Shown here: positions 38,481 through 51,567 of the stretch, piece after piece | How positions within the stretch are numbered: position 1 is the first letter of the stretch | How the letters are laid out: each line of letters starts with the position of its first letter | Assembly: GCA_036172245.1 (NCBI GenBank) | Contig: JAYWIR010000011.1 | Coordinates: forward strand, 186,001 to 250,000 | Direction: 5' to 3' | Length of the DNA: 64,000 nt | Source of the DNA: Raillietiella orientalis | Lineage: Eukaryota | Position numbers and translations under genes: made by a program | The notes under the pieces: model-generated | Databases searched by the model: none | What the model saw: the letters and a program-made list of their open reading frames with translations, nothing else | Told to the model about the DNA's origin: nothing

Positions 38481-40235
38481 GGAATAGTGTCAAAGAGCTG
38501 CGTGAGCCGCAGGCGTACGACGGTTCTTGAGGTACTCAGCGAACCCAAAAAAAGCTGGAAGGGAAACAGCGAAGACAGAAAAGAACCCAAAAGGATTCCC
38601 ATCGTGCTCGAAAGGGATTCGGTGATCCTTCCCCAGGCATGGGGGGATTGCCCGGAGACAAACTGATTCTCCTGAGGAACTATTCTGGAAACGAAGTTAA
38701 AGTGCTCGGCTTGTTTCCCTGTTCTTTGCGAGCCACAGTTGGCTCCTCAGCCACTACTCCGAGCGTTTGCTTCGGGAATGGCACCATCTGCTGCGTTCCA
38801 ACTGGGGCTCTCGGAAAGCAAAAGGAGGGAGGGATGTGCTCGTCGCATCTGACGGCCGCTGACGTTGCAGATTCCCGGTCCAACTGCCCCACCGGGATGG
38901 TGACACGATGACTCGGACTTCAGGCGTACCACTCTAGACCAGGGCAGTTATCGGAACGCACCACTGCACTTCTCACTTGGCTGGCGCACGTCAAGATTGC
39001 GTCACTTTATCGCCCTCGGAATGCCGCTATTCCAAGGAGTCCATCCTCGCTCTGAGGGGCGAGGCGGGCAAAGGTGGAGATGGAGTGAGGCCCCTGCTGG
39101 GCAAAGGGAAGGAACTCCAGCGTTCAAAACAAGAACCTGACGGTGACGGTGAGAACTTTTTCCCTGACGAGTTGGCGCGCGTGTCGGCAAATGTCGAGCA
39201 AGTGGCAGACGGACCGCGATCCTTCCCCTGCTGGCTGCGTGCCGAGGTGGCTGTATTGCCAGGAGACCAATCATGTGCCACCCCGACGTTACCTTCTCGC
39301 GCGCGCACCACTTGCGGAGTAGGGCACGTCGCCTAGACACGAAAGCACTCACGGTGGTGTGTGGATAAATTCGGGCTCGCGCCCTTCATACCTTCGGAAA
39401 TCATTGTGATGTCCTCTGCCGCCGCCATCACGGCACTCATGTAGAACCGAACGCGAAACATTCTTACCCGCCCCTGCGATGCTTTTCAAAGTTGCGGTTT
39501 CCGAGTCGTCGGATTTGGATGAACCCTAGATACATGTTGCAGGAAAATGATGCAGATGATCCTCAAAGTCTTAACCTCTAGATCAGCGCGCTTGGAATAG
39601 TGGAAACATTGCTCTGGAGCCCTCCTTAGGTTCCAACCGTCTTTTGAGCAATGCTCAAAAAGAGTGAGATGGTGACAGGAGAACTCGCTAAACTTCTTAA
39701 GGATCCAAAGTCAACAAATGGTGCAAGCTTCTGACGTCAGTAGCGTGCAATCGCTCACGTTGAATTCTTGGAATTCAATGGAGCGCGCATTGAATGGACG
39801 TCTCCATTGTGCTACTCACTGTGGTTTTTGCAGCTAAAAGTATGAAGGGAGCAGACAAGAAGTTGTAGGTCACCGTTCTGGGCCATCATGCGACAAGAGC
39901 AAACGGAGTCTCCCCTCCTGCAACTCCGAAACCTACGATGCAACACAAATTCATTCAAGGGAAAAGTGTCTTTGCTTTTTGTTGGTGCACCCATATTCTG
40001 TGACAGTACGCGGGAAGTCTTGACCATCCATGACCGTCTTTCGCTTAGAGTCGATCGGAAGGAAGTGCTGGGGCAAGATGTGTCCATGTGAAGGCGTAGC
40101 GTGTGAGCAGACTGTAGTCCACTTGTTAAGCCACAATCAGAAATGCGTATGCCACACATGCGCATTTCTGATCTTTGCCTTCTGTTTGGACGTGAGTCAC
40201 TTCCCAGAAGCCACTTTCCTTACAAGTGCTTCTTA

Positions 40236-40315
40236 CTGAAATGTTCTTCCAGAAGGCCCAACGTCCTGTGGAGCTTTTTCATCCTCAGCACGTTGGGCTT
40301 CTAGAAGATTTCCAG
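40236..40315. ncRNA. 80-nt imperfect hairpin (pre-miRNA-sized, or inverted-repeat remnant)
   Basis: Arms TCTTCCAGAAGGCCCAACGTCCTGTGGA and TCCTCAGCACGTTGGGCTTCTAGAAGA with a 9-nt loop. No expression evidence. Confidence 0.3.
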
Positions 40316-42599
40316 CTGCGGAATTCTTGTATTCCAAATACTTTGCTGTTGTAGCTCTGGAATAACGCATGCCCTCCATCACCGGTGCGAACGCGACTCA
40401 TCATGAGTTCCAGTTAACAAACGAGGACACTTGAGAGTATTATGAAAACGCTCCGTGGGAAATTTGCCTTTCTTTCTGTCTAGATGGTTTGTGTACCTAA
40501 CAGGTATACGATCGCACAAAACCGGTTCTGTTCCATTCATTGCCTATAAGTGTACGTTTGCGGCTACGTACGTTCAATGATCAGGACTTTTACAAGAGAA
40601 ATTTGGCATCTGGAAGTGTCTATCGAAGAACGGGAGTGCATTCGAATGAGGTGACTGCCGAGATATCTTTGGTATGACTCGCTTTAGAAACGCCTTGGAG
40701 TGAGCATTCGTTAGTCCTCTTGAAACCATATGAGGACCTGCTATCAATTCATCTGCTATCAAGAGTGAATAAATGCGTTCTTTCTTGCTGTTGTGTTGGC
40801 CTCCTGTCTACAAGATTAACTGGGCTGCACATTCCCAATGTATTCACAAGAAAAAGTGCTGATTTTTTACTTTGCCTGTCGAACAGAATTTAAAAAAGAC
40901 ATTGATCGTGGAAGGCCCAAGCCGTTCCATTGTGTGGACCGTTGGCAGATTTTGAAAGTACGGAGTAAGACAGAGTGTAGAGAGAGACCGGGGGAGCCTG
41001 TGCTGTGATCAAATCTGCGCAGCCCGAAATCCGACCGAAACGGCACCGCCTTTTGTGTTGGAAAGTGCTGCCTCCTTCAAGTTATCTTCAGATAAAAGCA
41101 AATCTTTTCATATTTTCGCCCTTTGCCTATTGTTTCTCCATTTGACGATTCTGCCTCTGCTTCTTTGCATCCGCTGAAATGCGCTCTTGTTTCTTTTTTT
41201 CTTCTTCTTTGTTCGTTGCCAGGTCTCCATCACTATATTTGTAAGGAGGATAGATTGCGCGTACTTTATATCTCTGCCTCCTGGATTTCGAACCATCCTA
41301 TGACTTCCTTTGTCTCCATCTTCTGATCGACATCTAAAGGTAGGATGAAATACTGCAAAGGAATTTACGAAAGGGACTGCGACTCAGGATACCTGAAATG
41401 ACTCGCACATCTCCCCACGTTGCAATCAGAAAGTCGTTCTTATTACTGTCAAGAAGGACATCACCGTACAATGCTCTGAAATATTACGTTACGTGACAAG
41501 TATTAGCAGAGTTTGCATTGAGAAACGCAGTTCACGGCTGTAATTAAAGGGGAAGGCAAAGCAAGTCGACAACCTCAGGTACCATTTCGAGGAGAAAACT
41601 TCCCTATAGTGGGTTCCCCCCCCCCCCCCATTGGCCACAGACATTAAAAACTTATACTTTTAACGTCCTTCGGTCTGGAAGTAAACGTTTTTATCGTAAA
41701 CTACTGAGACTTGCGATGTTTTTTTTTTTTCCGTTTTTTTTTTTCTACACATTTGAGCGTTGAGGAGTGAAATGTGAGAATCCAGAAACTGCATGTATAA
41801 TCAGGTCAAGAAGTTTACATCCAGCCCGAAGATTCCAAATGAGATCCACAAACAATCCAAGAATTATGTTGGAGGATAAGAAAGTTCAAGCACAAGAAGT
41901 ATGCCAGAAGTTACATAAAATGTGAAAAGCTGTCTATATTTTTCTCTATAAACGAATCGCATAAAGGTTTTTCGTAATAGCCTCAGCGCAATAGATGCTA
42001 GGCATTCAATTATGATTTCTTTATGGATTTGTTGAACGTGGAAAACGAATCGGATTTTACAACCTTCAGTCCATGCAAATGCATTATGGTGGGCACAGTG
42101 AACATTATGAAAGCTACGTTCTATTTACAGTGCATGCTTCTTTCATCCTGCTAATGTGTTTACCTATAACCTACTGATAATTTCTTTGTACTGCAAGCTC
42201 CTGTGATAATAACCGTCTGCACACACACATACTATGAGTCATTTTTGCATTCAGTGAAATGATTTTTTTAATCGCTCTGCCTTTTATTTATGTTCATCTG
42301 AATTTTCCTGCTCAGTTATGAATATTTCGTGATTTGCTGCACATTGCTGACAGAATTGTGAGAGGTGCCACTAAAAATACGAAGCTATGTTTCAGCTGCT
42401 GTGTCTTCGAGAATCTCGTTGAAGAATTCAGTATGGGTGAAGCAAGCTGCTTAAAACTCGTGGAGTTCCAAAGTTTCGTTCAAAAATACCATGGATGGAT
42501 TCGTGCAGCAGCGTGCATTTCCATGTCATCATTTGGGGGATTGTCTCAGGCGTGTGAATACTTGTTTTGTTTTTGTTTTTGTTTTTTTTTTCGGGGGGG

Positions 42600-42900
42600 G
42601 GGGGGAGGCTCGGTCGAGTCTTGTGCCAAAGTTTAGTTGCCAACCCTGTCGGGCTAAATGTGGCACCTCTCCGGGCTGCTATGGTTACTCGTCGCCGCCG
42701 CTCCGAGCGCGGGCCGCTCCGCGGTTGGATGCGGAAGTCGGTGTGGCGGCTGTGTGTAAGCAACCCCCCACGTATTTACTTTTTTTTAAGCAACTCACAT
42801 ACGCAAGTGTTTGGACCGAAACGATCTGATTGTAGATGTTAAAGTACGGAGTGCTTGAAGTGTTTGCAATGTAACGGTCCTTTAGGTATAAGGTAAACCT
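42600..42900 (+). promoter_or_regulatory. Putative SENP8 promoter and non-coding first exon
   Basis: Local CpG-rich patch in AT-rich DNA, ETS-like CGGAAGT near 42732, and donor-like AG|GTATAA and AG|GTAAAC near 42885-42897, upstream of the acceptor at 43200. Confidence 0.35.
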
Positions 42901-43207
42901 TTCTAGTTCCATGCATTGCTTGTTATGCCGCTTGAAGTATGAATCACGTTTGTGGTTACCCACTGAAAACATTGACGTAAAGTTTTCTCGTTTTCATCCA
43001 GTACAAAAACAGGGAAATTCATCGGTGGAGAGTACGTGAAAGAATTTCCCCGAAGTGTACAAAACCTTTTATGTATGTAGCACGATTTAGATGTAAATTT
43101 AGCTCCACAGATATCAATTTATTGAATTTCCAACCGGAGCTTTTTGTAGTCTAGAGTGAACATTTGTTGATAATTTGAAACAAGTAGTACACATTTTTAG
43201 GTAAATT

Positions 43208-43858
43208 ATGGAGCATTCTGGTGTGGTTTTAAGTTATAAAGATAGCTTAATAAGAGTTTCCGATTTACAGTTGCTTTCTGATAAAAGCTGGTTGAATGAT
43301 ACCATTATTGGTTTTGTATTTGAATATTTGGAAGACATCTATGGAAGCAAGGGGTTAGCATTTTCTGGTCCATCCACAACACAGTTTTTTAAACTATCTG
43401 GTAGTTGTACGGAGGAAGAACAAACACTTGAGAATCTTGGATGGCGAGACATGAAATACATATTTTTTGCTTTAAATGATTCTGTAAATTTTGAAACAGT
43501 CGGAGGAAGCCATTGGAGTCTATTGGTTTGCAGTGTAAATAATGGGAAATTCATGCATTTCGATTCACAAAGTCTTCGGACTCAATGTATGGAGGCCAAA
43601 AATTTAATTAATAAAATGGCATTTCATTTTAACTGGAAGGAACTTTCCTTTAAAAATGTTAAATGCAGTCAGCAAGCAAATGATTATGACTGTGGAATTC
43701 ACCTTATTTGTAATGCTGAGGCTCTAGCTGAAAGGATCTCACAGGATGGTGATCCACCTGGAGAACTCTATGTGTGCCCAAAAATTCTCATGGAAAAGAG
43801 GCAAGAATTGAGGAAAGTGATTTTGAAATTAGCTGAAGAAAGCACATCAAACTTGTAA
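43208..43858 (+). CDS. SENP8: Sentrin-specific protease 8 / NEDD8-specific protease (DEN1/NEDP1), Ulp1/C48 family
   Basis: 216-aa uninterrupted ORF with VLSYKDSL, WLNDTIIGF..EYL, LND..GGSHWSLLV, HFDS and QQANDYDCG (His-Asp-Cys triad intact). Acceptor ttttag at 43195-43200 suggests a 5'UTR intron. AATAAA at 44101-44106. Confidence 0.95.
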   Translation: MEHSGVVLSYKDSLIRVSDLQLLSDKSWLNDTIIGFVFEYLEDIYGSKGLAFSGPSTTQFFKLSGSCTEEEQTLENLGWRDMKYIFFALNDSVNFETVGGSHWSLLVCSVNNGKFMHFDSQSLRTQCMEAKNLINKMAFHFNWKELSFKNVKCSQQANDYDCGIHLICNAEALAERISQDGDPPGELYVCPKILMEKRQELRKVILKLAEESTSNL

Positions 43859-44913
43859 CAACTAAACAGCATACAGTTTGATGTTCATACATGCTGTGCT
43901 GTTATCAATTTTATGTCAAGTGAAGATTTATGCATAAGTTCAGAGATCACAATGCATAGTGTGTGGATATTATATTTTCTCTTTAATAGCTGCTGAATGT
44001 GTATCTTTATATACGTGGATTCAAAACAGTTTTGCAAATATAGACTGTTTTTGATGGATCTCTCCTTGCTTTTGAACCAATCATTATTATAGTGGTTGAA
44101 AATAAAGTTGTAGAGAAAAATTGTTGTTTTTTTTAAACATAGGACAGCTTTCAGTTATTCTAACAATTTGCCAAACGTCTGTAAAACTCTTGGGATTAAA
44201 TGTTTAGCACTTCAGATGCCACAGACATAGATGTTTCAGCTAGTATTCCAATAACTAAACAATTGTAATTCGTTTTCTGATGACAGTTTTTGAGAAGAGC
44301 TGTCTAAAATTGAGTGATCCAAATTCATTATGTATCGAGTTATTACAGATTGTATTTGATGCACTCATGTGCAGATTTCGTGAAACAATGCCTTGGTACT
44401 CTGCTCACCGGACACTACACTCTACTATGTGCTCCTTGTTGTACATGAAAATGCATCAAGCAAATGAGTATCTTGGATCCTCATCATGTTTTATTAAGAA
44501 GTTTTTCCGATGCTTTAACAATACAAGCAAAAAAAGCCTTCATTGAAAATGAAGTGAAATAAGTATATACTAACAATGTTACACTCATGTTGCCACAATG
44601 TGTGGAGGGGAAAAGGAAAGGCTTCCACATTAATTTTTAGAATGTACTTGAATTACAAATCTTGAGATTGAGATGTGAGTTGAGATTGTTGTGAGTATTT
44701 GAATAAATTGACAACATCAAGATGCGAAACAAATAACCTTAGCATCAAATACTGGTAGGCTGCCAACCAAAAAAAGATTCAAAACCATTTTAGCATTTTG
44801 TGAATGAACAAACTAGCTGAAATTACGATGCACAAATAAATAAATTGGATCTGGACGTCCCTTTGGGTTGACACACTTGTGGTTACCTATTATAAATCAC
44901 TCTGCATTGAAAA

Positions 44914-47900
44914 TCATGAATGATTGTTTACCTCAAATGGTTCACTGACTCCCCACACAGATTTCCCATTATCACCATGATAAACGGCACAATAAAATCC
45001 ATGTGGAATTTCTGACTGATCAGAAAAATCAATGCATTTGATTGCATTGCTGCTAGCAGGGTAAGGCACATAGGTGTAAGTGCTATAGCTGTCCAAGGCA
45101 AACAAAGTTGTCTGAACACATATGGCACACTATCAAAAGCTAGATTCTTACTTTGTGCAATGCAACCCAGTCCCAAGGTTGCTCAGCAAAACCATCCTGC
45201 ACTTCATAAAAAATCAGCTTTGAGTCCTGAGGTTTCCATGGCTGCACAAGGAAGTGCACTCTTTGAGCTGCGGGTGTCCTGGGACGCATCTGAACATTGA
45301 GATGTGCCACAACTGGCTGATGGTCCGATATGTTGTTTTCTAAGTGCAAGGATGAATAGTCCTGACAAACAAGTGAAGGAACTTCACTGTGAGAATGGTG
45401 CAGTACTCGGTCAGTCCATGCAGGTCTCCTACTACAAAGACATGAATTGTTCATCTTGGCAGCTCCTTACCCCAAATCATAACTTGAAGAACCTATCTGA
45501 AATTTGTACGTTGGTTGAAAATGTATATCTTCTTCTTGAAAGTCGGAGAAGGCGTAATTTTGTTTCATCGCCATTCTAAGTTCATCCTTTTCCAAAAGTT
45601 CCGATAACTTCCCACAATTTATCAGTTCGATAATGTCTTCAGGTGAAGCATTTGTGCAATGAAGACGGAAATTAAGATCACCCAGCCAAAGCACATAACT
45701 TAAAAGTGAAAGGATTATAGTGCATCTACTTTAATATCTTACTGATGATCCAAAAGAGAATTTAAAGATGGGTGATCGAAATAAATACTTTGCAATGCAT
45801 GCTGATATTGATCCAGCCTTATTTGAAACTGACCCTCATGTGCAGCAAAATGGGCAACAACAATAGCCATACCATATCCATAAAAATCAAATCTAATGGA
45901 CACAACGCCTTTATTTCCCTAAATGAGTAGATTAGTTTAAAAGTCTGGTGATCATACGATTCAAGTTAACATGCTTATTGTTTGAACCTTTTTACGTTAG
46001 TATGTACTTTGCACATACCAGTAAACCACCAAATCCGGTTCTTATGACTTTCGTTTGTATAAAATGTATATAAGGAATATGATGTTTAAGAAAATATATG
46101 CTCAAGTGAACATTACGGATGGAAGAATTTGCCAGTCTAACATAATTGCTCAGCTCTTCTCTGGAAAACAGATGTATTGTTTTTGTAGCTTTCACAAATG
46201 ATGTATCAACAATATGCTGATACAAAAGCATGCATAATAAACAACCGTAAGTTAAAAGGAAAAAATAAATCATTTTGAAAAAGTGAAATTTTTTAATCAG
46301 CATGTGTGAAATTTTTTTTTTGCCCAGTTTACTTATTTCCCTTAAGGCATCCAAGTCGAGAACGAATCTTCATCTTAATCATTACTGTAGCTTTACAATT
46401 TGCCCATAGAGAGTGCTCTTAGAAAGTTATTTATCTTCATTTGTTAACTCTTGCAAAGGTATCACTGGAGAATGTCACAATTATCTAGCAACCATGCATA
46501 CTACTTTAATATCTTACTGATGCTAGCAACCATGCATACTGGAAGATCTTAATGAAGTCTCTGCAGAACAGCACAGAGAACCTACAAATTAAGTTCTTTT
46601 CCTAACTCTTACCTTTGAAACCTCATGAAAACCCACTGGCTGTGTTGACTCTACAAAGTGGAGCGTAGCTAACTGATCAGAGCACTTCAATGTTTCAAAA
46701 GCTTAATGAAATGTTAGTGTTCAGTAAACTAAAGAGACTGTATGCATTTTAAGACTCCCTAGTTAAAAGAGATCCAACTTGAAATTCCAGCTCAAGCTGA
46801 ACACACATTTGTGATTTTGTGTCACTACTAGAATTTTTTTCAAATTCTAGTTTATCAGCAGTAGAAAGTTACTTGAGTAATGATCAAAGATGGTTCTTCC
46901 CAAACCCTTACACAAGCAATACTCTGAGCAGTTACATGCAATCACTGCAATTTGGTTGTATGGAGAAATCCACCCCTTTAATATTGATTATGTCCGATTT
47001 CAGTAAACCAAAATAGCTGTTATGCAACAAACCATATCCCAAGTGCATTTTTGAATTAGCACAGAGAAAGGCGGATTTGTGAAATGAGATGCAATGGAAT
47101 TGGGAGTTACAAAAGAAAAGAATTCAATGCACAGAAATCCCTCAGAGGAAATGTAAGAATAATGTGAAACAACCCAAGCTGTATTTCAATAATAAAGAAC
47201 CAGTAAACAGAATCCAATTCATTACTGACAAATACGAATTACGAATAAATTCCATCTTGCAGTATTCAATAAAACTAACTCAAAAAGTCATTCAAATGCT
47301 GCTGGAAATGCAGTTCCAAAATTGGGAGTGAAAACTGCAAAATTCAAGTTCAAACTAACATGCAGATTTGCATAATGTTTATGAATTCCCCCTAAAACTG
47401 GTTGTATCAAATCTTGATTTATACAAGATTGTGCACACGATTTTCACATGTGATATGACAGAAGCTACTGAGGAAAACAACCCAGATAAATATTTACTCA
47501 ATAATACTGCAATTTTAAAATTTTGCAGCTTTTTTATTTTTCCTTTGTTTATTGACTTTTGCTTTTTTTTATAGGACTATTTGACATTTAGAAAAATACA
47601 TTCTAATGAATTTAAAATTATAGGTTTTATTAGACTAATTTTTGTGTATTACCTCACTTATTAACATTAATGTATTTCTTAAAACTTTCGTATGATCATT
47701 TTATAGTTAATGACATGACACAAACATTAAAAACTGATTCATTAATCAGTTAACAAAGTTAATAACTGATATGCACAACACAGGTAATCTAGCAATTATA
47801 TGTGGCTGAAATATAATTGTAAACAATCCTTCAACTATCAATAACATTCTTCCAGGAATTCAATATCACCTAATTTATAAATACCAACATTTAAATATGC

Positions 47901-50423
47901 ACACCATCTAAAAACATTTACTAACAGTTGTACATAGAATAGGCATAAAGCCTTTGCTGCAATGCAGGAACCAGCATTATATGAACCATTTTTGGTGACA
48001 ATTCTAACAGTAACTGTGAAAACCTCTCTTTCCAGTATAATTGCCAAAGTTCACACGATAGTTTGAAATAACTGTTTGTGAATAATGCATCAGTTTACAT
48101 GCTAAATGTGCGCAAATGTGAACTGTGATAACTTAGTTGAAACAGCAATGTGTATTTGTAAGGTTTAATGTTTGCATCATCTAAGTTTTGAATGCTTTAT
48201 CTGTTTCTGTATAGGTAAAGTATGCCTTTAATAATGGAAAACAAAAATACTCAATATAACCGAACAAGCAAAATACCTGTTTGATAAACTTCTTAAATTC
48301 CAAAATTTGCAAAAAATGTAATTCATTATTATCATGATCAGTATTAGTACGGATTTAGAATTGTAACTCCAAGTATGAAATATTAAAATCCTCAAAATCA
48401 TATTATCTTGATGTCTAGTTTACTTGCTGAGATTTTTAATTAAAGTAAAGATTATTATTGGTGTTAAAGTAAACAAAACTACCCACGTTCAATGAAACTA
48501 CCAACAATAATATCAAACTCTTGAAGGGTATTAAAGATTGTTGTTTTTTCTTTTTTGAGTTTTCTTTTCTGTCTAACCCTGTTGCATAGTAAACATGCTC
48601 CAGCAGAAAACCACTCACATTTGTTAGTGCTAGAACAATTAAGCCTATTTGCTGTTTTGTTGCCTGTATGTACATGCTATTCTAAATGTATAATCAACTA
48701 TGAATGTGCATCTGGTTCTGCATCACAAGTAACACTCAAATGAAAGACAGAATCTGAATGCCCTTATTTACAAATAAACAAGAGTACTTGAACCAAAAAT
48801 TCGTGCTGGGCTTATGGCTTCATGCTAGCACTCTTTTATTTGTTCTAAACATCAATCAGCTTGAAAATGTTTTTAATTTTAAGTATTCAAAAAATAGTTC
48901 TATCACAAGTACATAACTCTTTCACTTACTTAATGCAGGAGAAGCAACTGTTAGGAAATAATGCGCACTCTCAATTACTCATATTTATTACTTAAAAGAT
49001 ACACTGATCTGAAATCTGTTCAAGTCTACAGTCTACACTGTTTCTTTGCTTGGATGCTAGAGGTGGCAACTACATCACACTGAGGCAACAGACTCAGGAC
49101 ACTTCAAACATAAGTCTCAAACCTGATATAAATGTTTATATATATAAAAAAAAAGCAGAAACAATGTACCTGACTGTTATGGTTATAATCATTATTCTAT
49201 TATTTAATTCTTGATGTGCTTGCTCATTTCTAAAGAGTTTAGTAAGATGGGGAGCATTTAAGTGCCAATAACCAATAACCAGTTCCCAATATATTTGGAA
49301 AAAACTCGAGTTTTTAATCAAAAACATATTTGAGTTCAATTCTTAACAAATAAACTGGCACATAATGACTTAAAATTTTGATGCTCATCTCTGTGCATCA
49401 TCCAGATTATTAACTCATAAGTTAACATATATGAAAACTAGGTGGATACCAATTTGTTTACTGAATTTTTCATCTGTGATCAGAAAAAAATAAAAATAAA
49501 ACAGCAGAAACTCAATTGTTTGGGAAATTTGACAGTCTGTATTTCTACAATGTGATAGACACACAAAATGATGCACACATTCAAAAGAAATAATACAAAG
49601 TGTACGTATTGGAAATTTGCATATTAACAAAAACACCCATTATTGCTTTCATGAAGTCTTCCTATAAAATGAAATTTTTGACCAACGGGCATGTGATTGC
49701 AGAAAGTCTGCTTGTTTAGTTAAAACCACACTTTAAAAATACAGTATTTAATTAGTAATAAAAAAATATGAGTTTGTTACTTAATTCATGTCTTGAAAAT
49801 ACTGAAAATAAAATATTCTTAAGGTACAATACCTGAAGAACCTTATCCAGTTGTTATCATAAAAATGCCGAAGGAAACCACCTAATGAAACTGGAACTTC
49901 TTGCAATCTGAAAGTGTTTTCATTGAGAATTGGATTCTTTCTACCAACAAAAAAACAACTACAACTTCGGCCATATGTAAAAATTCTATGAACTCAGGTT
50001 TAGCATAAATTTTAAAAAACTTTGCAAACGGAGGCAAACTCAGTCCAAGCAGAAAAAAAACATATATGATTTTATGTGCTTTCAAATCAATAACATTTTC
50101 TCTCACATCACAGAATATGCTCAGGAGCAGGTAACAACAGAGATAGAAACTAGAAGTGATCATATATACAAAAGATGATGATAGCATTAACTCCATACCC
50201 AATAATGATGACATCAGGCTTATATTCTACAACTCTACTTTTCAACTTCTTACTTAAATCAGTTAATGCACTGATATTATGTTTTTTGGCTACATTGTAT
50301 GTGATTAACAAAAATCTGAAAAAGTTATACAAATTAAAAAAGCTTCATACAGATACGTTCTTACTTAAGATCTTCAAGATTTTGCTCACATAAGGGAGCA
50401 TTATTTGATTCACAGTCTCTCAT
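44914..50423 (-). CDS. INPP5K: Inositol polyphosphate 5-phosphatase K-like (SKIP) with C-terminal SKICH domain, ~424 aa
   Basis: Minus-strand exons 50423-50365, 50315-50199, 49907-49833, 46160-46019, 45918-45743, 45698-45471, 45431-45152, 45111-44914, all GT-AG and phase-consistent (1275 nt). Motifs: ITYNV, PDVIIIGLQEV, RTGFGGLLGNKG, AHFAAH, WLGDLNFR, FQPTYKF, PAWTDRVL, SDHQPV, DWVALHK, GVSEPFEV. The start codon is the least certain part. Confidence 0.9.
46485..46540. repeat. 18-bp direct repeat flanking a 20-nt insert copied from 45728-45747
   Basis: CTAGCAACCATGCATACT at 46485-46502 and 46523-46540. Confidence 0.9.
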
Positions 50424-51306
50424 TTGAAAACTTCTTTATTTAGAATTTTATTTAGCTTGATCCATTAATAATAATGATTTCATTTTAAAACAGGGTCTCG
50501 AATCTATAAATAATTCACCATATGCAATGCTAGACTCATCTTATTACAATCCATCTCGGAGTCTATAACTAATAGAATGGCAGCTTCCATTTTCCCTGCA
50601 GAATTTAAAAAAAAAACAGAAACATTCAATTCAGCTTTCAATTTACCAGGGTACAATGACAAAATTGGGTACACTTCACAATTTTAAAAGTAATATTTTT
50701 GCATTGCACTCTTCTTGCACAAAATGAAAGCTCGACTTTCATTAATGGCAACTTACAATATGAAAGTCCTGTTCCATTATACTACAGTTTACACTGATAT
50801 TATTATTATTTTTGTTTTTTCCGGGATTTACACATGCTTTTCATATTCATGAATGCTGAAACAATTTTTAGACTAAGATTCTGTGCATCCCTGATAACTT
50901 ATGAGTGACCTACTCGAACCCACAAATTGGAAATAACTCACATTTATTATCCCTATTCGTTTCCCAAACCAAAATTTTGAGGTCACTCATTTCAGTTTTT
51001 TCCTCTTTTTCTACAAGGCCACACAACGCATTGGGATACGAAAATTAAAACATGAAAGAATGAGATGCCACTTTTCCATAGAAACACAAATGCTATGTCT
51101 CTTTGAACCATTCAGACTCTCAAGTTGAATCCTTGAATAGGATACAGCTGCAGGCACACAATGACAGCGAATTATATCTGGAATTTTTCTTTCAGTGTTA
51201 AAAAAGAGCACATTGAAAATTCCTAATGCAAAATTCCCAAATAAGCAGCCATGAATTTTTTTCACACCTTCAATTTCCTACAGAAATCCAGTGGTCAGCA
51301 AATCCA

Positions 51307-51366
51307 GTTTTTCAACTCAGATAATAACCTTCCAGAGGGACGAAGGAAAGACGAAAGGAAAGATTC
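51307..51366 (+). repeat. ~60-bp dispersed repeat, second copy at 56236-56294
   Basis: GTTTTTCAACTC(A/G)GATAATAAC..AGAGGGAC(G/A)AAGGAAAGA..AAAGGAAAGATTC in both places. Confidence 0.85.
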
Positions 51367-51567
51367 GCTAAGGGTCCTCGGAAGCACGTTTGATGGTCAT
51401 GTAACAGTAATGGTGCAAAGGTTTACAAGAAATGTACCACCGGAAGCAGATAATGGTATGCCCCGGGGCATAATCCACCCTCTAATTAAATTTTACTTTG
51501 CATCCGAATCTATCAGTGGCAGCTGGCAAATCGGCACGGTTCGAATTCCGAACACACGGGAGAAGAC

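Noticed and set aside
46613..46650. 38-nt exon-like segment (tttgtag...AAG|gtaaga on -) in an INPP5K intron
   Set aside because: Exon 49907-49833 already supplies the homologous segment in the right phase; inclusion would frameshift. At most a cryptic or poison exon.
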